In this document: positions 38,729 through 48,865 of the stretch, piece after piece | Layout of the letters: the number at the start of each line of letters is the position of its first letter | How positions within the stretch are numbered: position 1 is the first letter of the stretch | Source of the DNA: an uncultured Bacteroidales bacterium | GTDB taxonomy: Bacteria > Bacteroidota > Bacteroidia > Bacteroidales > B18-G4 | NCBI GenBank assembly: GCA_964531985.1 | Contig: CAZHFC010000001.1 | Location: 124,871 to 188,870 of the forward strand | Length of the DNA: 64,000 bases | Direction: 5' to 3' | Position numbers and translations under genes: made by a program | Notes under the pieces: model-generated | Database searches by the model: none | What the model was told of the DNA's origin: nothing | What the model saw: only the letters and a program-made list of their open reading frames with translations

Positions 38729-39607
38729 ATGAAGCTTGCTTTATTCGGTAAGGGCATCAGCGGGGAAAACAATCAGTATCTGGTTCAGCTAATCGATAAA
38801 CTTCTGGACTATGAATGCGAACTGTTCATATACCGTCCTTTCCTGGAAAGCCTGGAAGGCTTGATCCCCTCAGTTCGTAAGGTAAGCATTTTTGAGCATC
38901 ATCAGGAATTGCATGCCGACACCGGCATGGTGCTTTCTGTTGGCGGCGACGGAACCCTGCTTGATACGGTCGCACTGGTGCGCGATTCAGGCATTCCCGT
39001 ACTGGGCATTAATCTGGGCAGGCTGGGATTCCTTTCCAGCATTGCCCGCAATGATATCATTCCTGCCATTGATAAGGTAATCAGGGGGGCGTACACGCTG
39101 GACCAACGCACCTTGCTCCATCTCATTAAGAAAAATGGACTGTTCGGTGATTTCAGCTATGCTCTCAACGATATTACCGTAACCAGGAAGGATTCTACCA
39201 ACCTCATCGTGATCCATGTACATGTTGACGATGTTTTTTTGAATTCCTACTGGGCCGACGGGTTGATCGTTGCCACCCCTACGGGCTCAACGGCTTATTC
39301 GTTGAGTGGCGGCGGACCTATCATAACCCCCGATTCCGAAAATTTCGTCATCACACCCCTTGCCCCGCATAATCTCACCATCAGGCCTATCGTCATCCCC
39401 GACAGGAGTGAAGTCAGGATCACGGTGGAAGGCAGGGATCAGGCCTTCCTGGTAAGCCTCGATTCAAAGACCGGAGAAATAAGCCCCGGTGAAGAGATCG
39501 TCATTCGAAAGGCCGCTTTTAAATTCAACCTGGTGAAACCCGAAAACAAGGATTTCTTTACCACCATTCGCGATAAACTGAAGTGGGGCCTCGATGCCAG
39601 AAATTAA
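38729..39607 (+). CDS. nadK: NAD kinase
   Basis: VGGDGTLLD, GINLGRLGFL and ATPTGSTAYSLSGGGPI. Confidence 0.9.
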   Translation: MKLALFGKGISGENNQYLVQLIDKLLDYECELFIYRPFLESLEGLIPSVRKVSIFEHHQELHADTGMVLSVGGDGTLLDTVALVRDSGIPVLGINLGRLGFLSSIARNDIIPAIDKVIRGAYTLDQRTLLHLIKKNGLFGDFSYALNDITVTRKDSTNLIVIHVHVDDVFLNSYWADGLIVATPTGSTAYSLSGGGPIITPDSENFVITPLAPHNLTIRPIVIPDRSEVRITVEGRDQAFLVSLDSKTGEISPGEEIVIRKAAFKFNLVKPENKDFFTTIRDKLKWGLDARN

Positions 39608-39655
39608 TACGAACCGTAAACAAGAAAAACACGAATAATGCGTTTGGTGAACTAT

Positions 39656-40465
39656 ATGAAAAGGATTACATTGTTATTGTTCATTTCCCTGGCAGGAGTG
39701 AGCCTGCAGGCGCAGAAGACGATGGAAGTCGGTGTTTTTGGCGGGGGCTCCTATTATATCGGCGACCTGAACCCGGCCATGCATTTTTTAATGACAAAGC
39801 CTGCTTACGGTGTGGTAGCCCGCCTGAACCTGGACTCCCGCTGGACGGCAAGGCTGACCGCTTACCGGGGTGAAGTTGCAGGCGATGATGAGGTTTCCGG
39901 GCGCGTGGCAGGTCGCGAACTGAAATTCGAATCCCCCATGACCGATATTTCAGCAGTGATCGAACTGAACTTCTTTAACTATATCACGGGCAGTACGCGC
40001 AATTTCCTTACGCCATATATCTTTGGAGGCGTTGGAGTGTTCATGTTCAGGCCCGAATCAGATGGCGTGGCACTGCGCGAGCTTGGCACGGAAGGACAAA
40101 ATACCGGCTTCGACGGAAGAAGCCCCTATAATCTTTTCCAGATTGCCATCCCATTTGGTTTTGGTTTTAAGTACAGCCTTTCCAAAAGACTGGCCTTCGC
40201 CTTTGAATGGGGAATGCGTAAAACCATGACCGATTATCTTGATGATGTAAGCACAACATATTACCTGGAAGGTGAAAGCATCAGTGCCTCCAACCAGGCA
40301 GGGATGCTGTCAGACCCGACCCGCAGCCACCAACCTTACCAGGCCAGGGGTAATGCCGGTACCAACGACTGGTATTCCTTCTTTGGCGTTACCGTAACCT
40401 ACAGGTTTACGATAGGAAAAGACAGGGGATGCAGCAGCTTTATTGAGCAACGCAGAGACTACTGA
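39656..40465 (+). CDS. outer-membrane beta-barrel protein (DUF6089-like)
   Basis: Signal peptide MKRITLLLFISLAGVSLQAQ. EVGVFGGGSYYIGDLNP and alternating-strand patterning, ending in an aromatic-rich barrel region. It lies between nadK and uppS. Confidence 0.6.
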   Translation: MKRITLLLFISLAGVSLQAQKTMEVGVFGGGSYYIGDLNPAMHFLMTKPAYGVVARLNLDSRWTARLTAYRGEVAGDDEVSGRVAGRELKFESPMTDISAVIELNFFNYITGSTRNFLTPYIFGGVGVFMFRPESDGVALRELGTEGQNTGFDGRSPYNLFQIAIPFGFGFKYSLSKRLAFAFEWGMRKTMTDYLDDVSTTYYLEGESISASNQAGMLSDPTRSHQPYQARGNAGTNDWYSFFGVTVTYRFTIGKDRGCSSFIEQRRDY

Positions 40466-40472
40466 TATAAGC

Positions 40473-41228
40473 ATGAATATGATGGACCTGAAAAGCCGTA
40501 TCGACACCGGTCGCCTGCCCCGGCATGTTGCCATTATCATGGATGGTAACGGGCGTTGGGCCAGGCAGCGGGGGAAACCCCGTACTTTCGGCCATCAGAA
40601 CGGGGTCACCTCGGTAAGGGAAACCACCGAGGCCGCAGCAGAACTTGGCATCGAATATTTTACACTTTACGCATTCTCAACCGAGAATTGGAGCAGGCCC
40701 AAATTTGAGATTAATGCCTTGATGACGCTTCTGCTTCAAACCATCAATAAGGAGACAAAAACCCTGAACGAAAACAATATCCGCCTTCAAACCATCGGCG
40801 ATACCGCTAGCCTTCCGCTGCGTACCCGCAAGCAACTTGAAAAAGCCATGCGGGATACAGCCGGCAATTCCCGGATGACGCTTACACTGGCACTTTCATA
40901 TAGTGCCCGCTGGGAGATACTCAAGGCTGTGAAAAATATTGCAGAAGGAGTTGTTGAGGGAGATATCGACCTGAACGCAATCAACAGCAATCTTCTTTCA
41001 AGCTTTCTGGAAACAAAGGATATGCCCGACCCCGAACTGCTCATACGCACATCCGGTGAATGCCGGATCTCAAATTTCCTGCTGTGGCAGATCGCATATA
41101 CCGAATTGTATTTTACACCGAAACTTTGGCCTGATTTTAGGAAAGATGACCTGTACCAGGCAATCATCGACTTCCAGGGACGCGAGAGAAGATACGGAAA
41201 AACAAGTGAACAAGTAAAAGCAGAATAA
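40473..41228 (+). CDS. uppS: isoprenyl transferase (undecaprenyl diphosphate synthase)
   Basis: HVAIIMDGNGRWA, TLYAFSTENWSRP, IRTSGECRISNFLLWQIAYTELYF and RERRYG. Confidence 0.92.
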   Translation: MNMMDLKSRIDTGRLPRHVAIIMDGNGRWARQRGKPRTFGHQNGVTSVRETTEAAAELGIEYFTLYAFSTENWSRPKFEINALMTLLLQTINKETKTLNENNIRLQTIGDTASLPLRTRKQLEKAMRDTAGNSRMTLTLALSYSARWEILKAVKNIAEGVVEGDIDLNAINSNLLSSFLETKDMPDPELLIRTSGECRISNFLLWQIAYTELYFTPKLWPDFRKDDLYQAIIDFQGRERRYGKTSEQVKAE

Positions 41229-41234
41229 GCAGGG

Positions 41235-43919
41235 ATGAAAAACGATACAAAAAAAGACCTTTCCAGAAATACAATTCCCTGCCGGGCTTCTTTCCTGTGC
41301 CTGCTGCCTTTTATGTTTTTGTTCCTCTGCAGCCCATCCGGCTTTGCACAGGATGCCGCAGATGATGACCCGCCACTGGTCGACTACGCCTCCCAGAAGA
41401 AATATGAAATAGGCGGGATCACCGTTTCAGGGATCGAACACCTCGATCAGAATGTGCTGATCATGCTTTCGGGCCTGAAAATCGGAGAAAGAATTGATAT
41501 ACCGGGCGAAAAGATCACCAATGCCATTAAAAAACTCTGGGAACAGGGCCTGTTTGAAGATATCAGGGTAACTTCCACACGGATACAGGGCGATATCATC
41601 TTCCTTGATATCTATCTGCTTGAACGCCCGCGCCTTTCGAAGTTCTCTTTTAAGGGCATCCGAAAATCAGAGGCTGACGACCTGCGTAAGGATGAATTGC
41701 GGCTTACCAGGGGCGATGTAATTACCGATAACCTGCTGATCAGGATCAAAAATACCATTACAGCTTATTATGATAAAAAGGGCTTTCTTGATGTTGTCGT
41801 GGATGTTGTCCAGATACCCGATACCTCAAGAGTTAACCATATGATCCTCGATATCAGAATTGATAAGAATGACAGGGTCAGGATCCAACAGATCAATATC
41901 CATGGAAATGATTTCCTGACAGCACAAAAGATCAAGTCAACGCTTAAGGAAACCAAGGAGAAAAGTATGCTGACCCCGCTGTCAGGTTTTGATAAGCTGT
42001 TGATCGACCTGGTTTGGGATGCATTGCAGATCAAGTTTCCTAAAATGATCGATGATATTCAGTCCTATGTAAACGAAACCGTCCGCCTGAGAATATTCAA
42101 ATCGTCCAAGTTCATCGAAAGCAATTATGAGGACGACCGCTTTAAACTGATCGATAAATACAATGAACTTGGATACAGGGATGCAAAGATCGTGAGAGAT
42201 TCCATATCCAGGAACCCCGATGGTACATTGAACATCGACATCTGGATCGATGAGGGCCGGCGGTATTATTTCAGGAATATTACATGGGTCGGGAATACGA
42301 AATATACCAGTGAATACCTGAATAATATACTGCGGATTGAAAAGGGGGACATTTATAACAAAGACCTCCTGAACACAAACCTGACCTTTAATCCGAACGG
42401 CTTTGACGTAAGTTCACTCTATCTCGATGATGGCTATCTCTTTTTCTCGGCCGAACCTGTGGAGGTGCTGGTTGAAAATGATTCGATCGATCTGGAGATC
42501 CGGATCAGGGAAGGGAAACAGGCCACCATTAACAAGGTGGAGGTAAAAGGGAACACAAAAACCAATGACCATGTGGTGATCCGTGAAATAAAGACAAGAC
42601 CCGGCGACCTTTTCAGCCGCGAAGCCATTATCCGTACGATCAGGGAACTGGGGCAGTTGAGGTATTTCAATCCCGAAACGATTACCCCCGACGTCCTCCC
42701 CAACCCTGAAGACGGAACCGTCGACATCGTTTATTCAGTTGAAGAAACCTCGGCCGACCAGATCGAATTGTCGGGTGGATGGGGATATGGCAGGATCATC
42801 GGAACCCTGGGCGTTTCATTCAATAATTTCAGCCTGCGGAACTTCTTTAAAAAGGGGGCATGGAAGCCCATCCCTGCCGGCGACGGTCAAAAACTGTCAG
42901 TCAGGCTGCAGAGTTATGGCCGGGGGTATATCAGTTACAGCGCTTCTTTTACCGAACCCTGGCTGGGTGGCCGTAAACCCAATGCATTCAGCGTATCGTA
43001 TTTCCATTCACTCTTTTCAAACGGACTGCCGCGGAGCGATACAAACAGGTCATATTTCAAGATCAACGGACTAACTTTTGGCCTGGGTCAGCGACTGCGA
43101 TGGCCCGACGACTTCTTTACGCTCTATCAGGCTGTTAATCTGCAGCGATATGAACTCGACAACTACTCCAGCATTTTTGCTTTCGGGGATGGTTCGGGAC
43201 ATTATAATAACTTTAGCTACAATATTGTTCTGGGACGAAATTCAACGGCCCCCAGTTATATCTATCCGCGTTCCGGATCCGATCTCTCCCTGTCACTCCA
43301 GCTAACCCCGCCTTACTCCCTCTTCAGTAATGAGGATTACTCCGTTATGCCCGATAAGGAAAAGTATAAATGGATTGAATATCATAAATGGAAATTTGAA
43401 GCAACCTATTTTCTGGAGGTCGCGCCAAAATTTGTTTTAATGGGAAGGCTGAAATACGGCTTTCTGGGGGCCTACAACAGCAATATCGGGGTAACCCCAT
43501 TCGAACGCTTTTACCTTGGGGGTGACGGGCTTTCGGGATATAACAACCTGGATGGCCGTGAGATCATCGGCATGCGGGGTTACGGGAATGAAACCCTTAC
43601 TCCTTTCTACTACAGGGACAGGAATTCGGGCGGTACGGTCTATTGCAAATATACCCTGGAAATGAGATACCCCCTGTCGCTCAACCCCTCGGCAACCATT
43701 TATGCCCTTGCCTTCCTCGAAGCCGGAAAGGCATGGCTGTATCATCCCGAATTTGATCCGTTCAATGTTTACCGCTCGGCGGGAGTCGGGCTAAGGGTCT
43801 TCCTTCCGATGTTCGGAATGCTGGGCCTCGATTGGGGTTATGGATTCGATCAGGTGCCCGGTCTGCCGGGAGCCAACGGCGGACAATTCCATTTCTCAAT
43901 CAATCAATCAATCGATTAA
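41235..43919 (+). CDS. bamA: outer membrane protein assembly factor BamA
   Basis: 894 aa. Repeated POTRA units (GITVSGIEHLDQNVL, FKGIRKSEADDL, IHGNDFLTAQKI, WVGNTKYTSEYL, VKGNTKTNDHVIREI) followed by an Omp85 barrel (GLRVFLPMFGMLGLDWGYGF). Confidence 0.92.
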   Translation: MKNDTKKDLSRNTIPCRASFLCLLPFMFLFLCSPSGFAQDAADDDPPLVDYASQKKYEIGGITVSGIEHLDQNVLIMLSGLKIGERIDIPGEKITNAIKKLWEQGLFEDIRVTSTRIQGDIIFLDIYLLERPRLSKFSFKGIRKSEADDLRKDELRLTRGDVITDNLLIRIKNTITAYYDKKGFLDVVVDVVQIPDTSRVNHMILDIRIDKNDRVRIQQINIHGNDFLTAQKIKSTLKETKEKSMLTPLSGFDKLLIDLVWDALQIKFPKMIDDIQSYVNETVRLRIFKSSKFIESNYEDDRFKLIDKYNELGYRDAKIVRDSISRNPDGTLNIDIWIDEGRRYYFRNITWVGNTKYTSEYLNNILRIEKGDIYNKDLLNTNLTFNPNGFDVSSLYLDDGYLFFSAEPVEVLVENDSIDLEIRIREGKQATINKVEVKGNTKTNDHVVIREIKTRPGDLFSREAIIRTIRELGQLRYFNPETITPDVLPNPEDGTVDIVYSVEETSADQIELSGGWGYGRIIGTLGVSFNNFSLRNFFKKGAWKPIPAGDGQKLSVRLQSYGRGYISYSASFTEPWLGGRKPNAFSVSYFHSLFSNGLPRSDTNRSYFKINGLTFGLGQRLRWPDDFFTLYQAVNLQRYELDNYSSIFAFGDGSGHYNNFSYNIVLGRNSTAPSYIYPRSGSDLSLSLQLTPPYSLFSNEDYSVMPDKEKYKWIEYHKWKFEATYFLEVAPKFVLMGRLKYGFLGAYNSNIGVTPFERFYLGGDGLSGYNNLDGREIIGMRGYGNETLTPFYYRDRNSGGTVYCKYTLEMRYPLSLNPSATIYALAFLEAGKAWLYHPEFDPFNVYRSAGVGLRVFLPMFGMLGLDWGYGFDQVPGLPGANGGQFHFSINQSID

Positions 43920-43987
43920 GCTTGCATGATTACTTATGGCAGGCTTTTTGCTTAGGTTATTAAAAACAAAATACCGGAGGATAAAAA

Positions 43988-44626
43988 ATGAAAAAACTAA
44001 CAATCACACTGGCTGTCGTTCTTGCAGCTTTTACCGCCACCTTTGCCCAGAAATATGCTTATGTGGATACGGATTACATTCTGTCAAACATTCCCGAATA
44101 CCAGGATGCACTTGATATCCTGGATGAGTTCTCCATTACATGGCAGAAAGAGATCGAAACGAAATTCGCCGAAGTGGATGCCTTGTATAAGGATTATCAG
44201 GCTGAGGCGGTCCTTCTGCCGGAAGACATGAAAAGGCAGCGGGAGAATGAGATCATACAGCGCGAAAAAGAAGCCAAGGACCTTCAGAAAAAGCGTTTTG
44301 GCCGCGATGGCGACCTCTACCTGAAACGACAGGAACTGGTTGAACCCATACAGGAGAAAATATTCAATGCCATACAGGATATTGCGGAAACGGAAAACTA
44401 TGCCATCATTTTCGATAAGGCCGGAAGCCTTACCATCCTCTTTGCCAGGGAAAGATATGATCTCTCCGATGATGTGCTGGATGAAGTGGGTACCGTTATG
44501 CAAACCGTGAGGCTTGCCGACAGAAAACGCCCGGGTGCCGGACAACCCGCTGCCCCCTCAACAGGAAGCAGCGGAGGCAACAGCAATAATGCCAATAAAA
44601 TGATCGAACGCAGCCGGACACAATAA
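43988..44626 (+). CDS. OmpH/Skp family periplasmic chaperone
   Basis: Signal peptide. The protein begins KYAYVDTDYILSNIPEY, has coiled-coil K/E/Q-rich content, and includes AIIFDKAGS. It is downstream of bamA. Confidence 0.85.
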   Translation: MKKLTITLAVVLAAFTATFAQKYAYVDTDYILSNIPEYQDALDILDEFSITWQKEIETKFAEVDALYKDYQAEAVLLPEDMKRQRENEIIQREKEAKDLQKKRFGRDGDLYLKRQELVEPIQEKIFNAIQDIAETENYAIIFDKAGSLTILFARERYDLSDDVLDEVGTVMQTVRLADRKRPGAGQPAAPSTGSSGGNSNNANKMIERSRTQ

Positions 44627-44706
44627 GGATATAATTGTCACATTATCAGTTGATGAGAAATCGTGTTAATTCACATGAATTAATGTGGTCAAATAAAATT
44701 ATTCCT

Positions 44707-44714
44707 TACATTTG
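44707..44714 (+). promoter_or_regulatory. candidate -7 promoter box TACATTTG upstream of the second ompH/skp gene
   Basis: ccTTACATTTGcgc matches TAnnTTTG, 38 nt upstream of ATG 44752. Confidence 0.35.
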
Positions 44715-44751
44715 CGCTGAAATCAGGAATTAAAAACTTATACCTAATAAG

Positions 44752-45264
44752 ATGAAAAGTGTTTTTAAAGTAAGCATGCTGTTTGTTCTAATGGCTCTGG
44801 CAACAAATGCCTGGTCACAACCCAATCTGAAAATTGGATATATTGATTCACAGGAACTTATTGAGCTGATGCCAGGTAAGGATTCAGTGGAGACAGCCCT
44901 TATCGCTTACCAGCGATTGCTGGAAGAGCAGATCGGCGCCATGTACGCGGAATACCAGAACAAGGTTGCAGACTATACCAACAATGTAGATGCAATGTCG
45001 GCCATCATCAAGCAGACAAGGGAACGGGAGATCGCTGATCTTGAAAGGCGGATCACTGAATTTCAACAAAATGCTGAAGGTGATTTCGCTGCCAAACAGG
45101 CTGAATTGTATGACCCTTTGATCACCAGGGCAAGAAATGCCATCAATGATGTGGCGGCGGAAAATGGATTCACCTACATCCTGGATGTCAGCATGGGTAC
45201 TGTCCTTTACTACGAAGCAGGCATTAATGTTATGCCAATGGTTCGTAAAAAACTGGGATTATAA
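44752..45264 (+). CDS. OmpH/Skp family periplasmic chaperone
   Basis: Signal peptide. KIGYIDSQELIELMP, a coiled-coil core, and GFTYILDVS. Confidence 0.85.
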   Translation: MKSVFKVSMLFVLMALATNAWSQPNLKIGYIDSQELIELMPGKDSVETALIAYQRLLEEQIGAMYAEYQNKVADYTNNVDAMSAIIKQTREREIADLERRITEFQQNAEGDFAAKQAELYDPLITRARNAINDVAAENGFTYILDVSMGTVLYYEAGINVMPMVRKKLGL

Positions 45265-45287
45265 GCCCCGTGCCTGTAAAAAAAATA

Positions 45288-45311
45288 CCCGCTCCAAAGG
45301 CGGGTTTTTTT
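45288..45311 (+). terminator. rho-independent terminator after the skp genes
   Basis: CCCGC-tccaaag-GCGGG followed by TTTTTTT. Confidence 0.65.
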
Positions 45312-45386
45312 CTTGCCGTGAAAAAAATATTTGCATTATCGTCGAACTTCCCCCTAAGGGTAAAGTTTTTAAACGTCCCTTAACCT

Positions 45387-46262
45387 TCAGGCTCCCAGTT
45401 TCCGGATCTTTTTAACCTGTAGCAATACGTATAGGATCACGCCCATGATCCCCGCTATGGTGCCGAAAAAGGAGATCAGTAACCACAGGGGGACATAGTC
45501 GTTGTCTTTCCAGAGTTCCCTTTTTTCGTTCCAGTAAGTCTTTTTTTCGATCCCCCAGGCAATTTCCTGCATGGCTTCCGCCGGGTAGTATTCGCTGTCT
45601 TCAACCCTGGCAATTACCTCTAAAAGCCCATTCTCTCCCGGTATGCCTTGCGGAAAGGCAATTGAAACGCTGCCTTCGCTGCCGGTATAGTTCCGGTTTC
45701 CACCAATCAGCATATCGGCAAAATACCTTTTGATATAGAAGCTGACCCTGATCTCCCTGGCAGGAGTACGTTCGCCGTTGTCGAGTATTTCATAAACGCG
45801 GGCAACAACGGTATTGACGCTGTCGCTTTCGTTAAATTCCAGCAAGACCACAGCGTTTTTTCTCAGTATTTCTTCAACCGGTGCGGCGAATGTCCGTATG
45901 TAATTGATCACATGCCAGAGGTCGGTATCTGATGATGTTCTGAAGCTGGGCATCAGGCCACGGCCTTCCTGCAGTTTATAGAAGAGAGCCCCGTCGGTTT
46001 GATCGGTAAAAGCCTTGATGGTCATGTTACCCGAAGGGATCACCCCGTCGCCAAGTCCTGTGGCGCCATGGCAGGCCAGGCAGTTCATTTCATAAAATAC
46101 CTTTCCGGCATCCAGTGTTTTCTTGTTGACTTCGGTCGGGTTGATGATGTCATTGGCTTCGGCCGGGACATCCCAGGGAGGGAGCTGCGTGGAGGCCAGC
46201 AATAGCATGCAACTGAATATGAAGAAGGCGCCGAGTAATTTATTTTTAATGCTTGCTTTCAT
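45387..46262 (-). CDS. monoheme class I c-type cytochrome with extra domain and C-terminal membrane anchor
   Basis: Signal peptide. Single heme site CLACHGATGLGDG with downstream GRGLMPSF (Met ligand context). C-terminal TM helix PLWLLISFFGTIAGIMGVILYVLL. Last gene of the FeS-NrfD-cyt c string. Confidence 0.75.
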   Translation of the reverse strand: MKASIKNKLLGAFFIFSCMLLLASTQLPPWDVPAEANDIINPTEVNKKTLDAGKVFYEMNCLACHGATGLGDGVIPSGNMTIKAFTDQTDGALFYKLQEGRGLMPSFRTSSDTDLWHVINYIRTFAAPVEEILRKNAVVLLEFNESDSVNTVVARVYEILDNGERTPAREIRVSFYIKRYFADMLIGGNRNYTGSEGSVSIAFPQGIPGENGLLEVIARVEDSEYYPAEAMQEIAWGIEKKTYWNEKRELWKDNDYVPLWLLISFFGTIAGIMGVILYVLLQVKKIRKLGA

Positions 46263-46286
46263 GTTTCGGCAGTATTTGGTCTTTGT

Positions 46287-47660
46287 TTATTTCTTTATAT
46301 CGTCCAGTACAACTTTTTCATGCGGGTTTTCATGGCCGTTCTCCCTGGCCGTTTCCCATATGGGAACCAGTGGGAAGAATTTTGCAAACCACGTTATGAT
46401 GAGCAGTACGATGGCGATGGTCATCAGTGTGATCACCGATTCATAATACGTTGGAATGTAGTGATGCCAGCTTTCCGGCACGTTTTGTATGGGCAGGGTG
46501 GGGTTGAACTGTGTGGGTATGACAATCAGCATACGCTTGGTCCAGGCAAAGATGATTACCAGCAAGGAGATGATGAATAGCGGCAGGGGTCTTCTGAAAA
46601 CCTTGAAAAGGAGCAGGATCAGCGGGATGATCATCCCCCCGGTTTGTGTGGCCCAGAAAAGTGGTGCTTCACGGCCGACAAATAGGTCGAGCAGATGCCG
46701 GCCTTCGAGTTTCTGCATTTTATACCCCGGGACCATGAATTCGTTGATGTTAAAATAGAGGTATACCAGGCCGGTGAGGAACAGCAGGCGTCCCATCATG
46801 TCGAAATGTTTCCGGGTAATATAGTTTTTCATCATGGGCCGGCTTTTCAGGATGATGTACATGGCGGCGAGCACGGCGGCAGCCCCAACCATGAAGGCCC
46901 CGGATACGAAATACGGGCCGAAGATGGTGCTGTCCCATCCGGCCCTGCTGTTAACGGCAAAAAGCCATGAGGTAACGGTATGAATGGCAAACGCTACCGG
47001 AAGGACTACGATAAGCATGATGCGGATCGACTTCTTGAGGAGTTTCCATTGCTCTGCCGTTCCTTTCCAGTTCAGGGCCAGCAGATGGTACATTTTTCGC
47101 TGCCAGCGGGGTTTTTCAGTCAGGGTGTCGCGCATGATGGCTATATCGGGTATCATGGGCAGGTACAGCAGGATGATGCTGATGAGCAGGTACATGTTTA
47201 CCACAGTCACATCCCAAACAATGGGCGATTGTATCCTGCCGTGCAGGAAGATATTCATGACCCTGTCGGGACGGCCCATGTCGATGATGATGGTCACGGC
47301 AGCCAGGGCAACCGCAGCCACTGCGATGATCTCCGATATGCGTGTGATGGGCGTTGCCCATTTGATGTTGAGGAGTTTCAATATGGCCGTGACCAGTGAG
47401 CCCACGAGGCTGACTGCCACCAGGAAGACAAAGTGCCCGATGTACATCCCCCATGATGAATAATCGCGCATGGCAGTGATGCCCAGGCCCGTAAATAACT
47501 GGTATATATAGGCCATGGCTCCCACGGCAATGAGAAATATCAGCAAACGGGTCCAGAGCTTGTTGCGGAATCTTTCTTTCCTCACCGGTTCGAGCAGCTC
47601 GGTGACGATCACCTTCAGGTCTTTTCCTGTATTCTTGTTTTCGGTTATTTCAACAGCCAT
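46287..47660 (-). CDS. NrfD/PsrC-family polytopic quinone-interacting membrane subunit
   Basis: 457 aa with about 10 predicted TM helices. The position between an FeS subunit and a cytochrome c, and the overall hydrophobic pattern, fit NrfD/ActC-like proteins. Confidence 0.75.
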   Translation of the reverse strand: MAVEITENKNTGKDLKVIVTELLEPVRKERFRNKLWTRLLIFLIAVGAMAYIYQLFTGLGITAMRDYSSWGMYIGHFVFLVAVSLVGSLVTAILKLLNIKWATPITRISEIIAVAAVALAAVTIIIDMGRPDRVMNIFLHGRIQSPIVWDVTVVNMYLLISIILLYLPMIPDIAIMRDTLTEKPRWQRKMYHLLALNWKGTAEQWKLLKKSIRIMLIVVLPVAFAIHTVTSWLFAVNSRAGWDSTIFGPYFVSGAFMVGAAAVLAAMYIILKSRPMMKNYITRKHFDMMGRLLFLTGLVYLYFNINEFMVPGYKMQKLEGRHLLDLFVGREAPLFWATQTGGMIIPLILLLFKVFRRPLPLFIISLLVIIFAWTKRMLIVIPTQFNPTLPIQNVPESWHHYIPTYYESVITLMTIAIVLLIITWFAKFFPLVPIWETARENGHENPHEKVVLDDIKK

Positions 47661-47671
47661 AATGATAATGC

Positions 47672-48658
47672 TTAAATGGTTGATACCGTTGTTTCATCAT
47701 CCCCTTCCTGTTCAAGATATATGTTTTCCCTGCGGAACGGGAACCTCCGGTTTTTCGGGGGCAGGTAGTAAACCTGTGGTTTAGTTCCGAGCTCTTCGTG
47801 AACCGTATATCCGGCGTTTTCTCTTATCAGTTCACTGAATACGACCGTTTCGCCCGTAGTGCCGTTGGTGACGGCATCTTCCAGCCTGTCGCCGAAATAA
47901 TATACGCCATTGGGACAGGCCGAAACACAATAGGGTAGCTGTCCCTTGCGCAGGCGGTCGGCACTGAACAGGCATTTTGAGATGGTGCCGCGTTTTTGGG
48001 GAACATTGAGTTCAACGTCGTATATCCTTTCCTTCTCCTCATCGGTGAGTTGGGGCTCAAACCAGTTAAAAATCCTGGCCGAGTATGGGCAACCGGCAAT
48101 GCAGAAACGGCAGCCGATGCAACGCAGGTTGTCGATCAGAACGATGCCGTCCTTTCTCTTAAAGGTGGCATTGACCGGGCAAACTTTGGTGCAGGGAGGG
48201 TTGTCGCAATGATAGCAGGGTTTGGGCATGTAGTAGGGGGCGGTATCTTCCGCATCCTGCATTTGGAGCACGTTAATATGATGTTGTTCAGGACGGAGTT
48301 CGTGTGCCGCCTGGCAGGCCGACATGCATTTCCTGGCATTCTGGCATCGCGAGAGGTCGATGACCATCACCCAGTGATGTCCGGTCAGGCCTTCGCGGCC
48401 GCGTTTCTGGTAGGTGCTGAGGACTTCATCCCCGTTTTCCGCTGATTCACCGGTAACGGGCTGAAGCTTGCCGGGGTCTGCTTCAACCAGCCGGCCGTCG
48501 GTGGTCATAACCCTGACCTTTTCACCAGTGCCGGCATCGTCATCGCTGCATGCGGCAAGGATGCCGCTTCCTGCCACGGCCCCGGCGCCAAGCAGAAAGC
48601 CTGACCGCAGAAAATCGCGCCGGGAATCACTGCCCGATTTTTTCTTTTTTTTCGCCAT
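47672..48658 (-). CDS. Tat-exported 4Fe-4S ferredoxin-type subunit (NrfC/PsrB/HybA/ActB-C-terminal-like)
   Basis: Twin-arginine signal SRRDFLRSGFLLGAGAVAG. Cys clusters CQNARKCMSAC, CYHCDNPPCTKVCP, CIGCRFCIAGCP and C..PYCVSACP. Confidence 0.88.
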   Translation of the reverse strand: MAKKKKKSGSDSRRDFLRSGFLLGAGAVAGSGILAACSDDDAGTGEKVRVMTTDGRLVEADPGKLQPVTGESAENGDEVLSTYQKRGREGLTGHHWVMVIDLSRCQNARKCMSACQAAHELRPEQHHINVLQMQDAEDTAPYYMPKPCYHCDNPPCTKVCPVNATFKRKDGIVLIDNLRCIGCRFCIAGCPYSARIFNWFEPQLTDEEKERIYDVELNVPQKRGTISKCLFSADRLRKGQLPYCVSACPNGVYYFGDRLEDAVTNGTTGETVVFSELIRENAGYTVHEELGTKPQVYYLPPKNRRFPFRRENIYLEQEGDDETTVSTI

Positions 48659-48865
48659 GTAAAATGAACCTTAAGTTTTATCAAGGTAAAAATAAATAAA
48701 ATTAATATCCCTCAATGATTGAAGTATTCCAATACCTGAATATGACGTGATTTAAAAGCAGTCTAAATAACCACGCATAAGCATCTTGAATGGAATAATG
48801 TACCTCGGGCGACGGGCAGTATATGTAGGATTGCCAGAGCCGGGCGTGGTGGGTGATGTAAGTGT

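Noticed and set aside
43897-43912. A (CAAT)x4 tetranucleotide repeat at the 3-prime end of bamA, considered as a possible phase-variation tract.
   Set aside because: There are only four units. It lies within the last codons (SINQSID) of an essential gene, and there is no evidence of length heterogeneity in a single sequence. It is too short to support slipped-strand switching.
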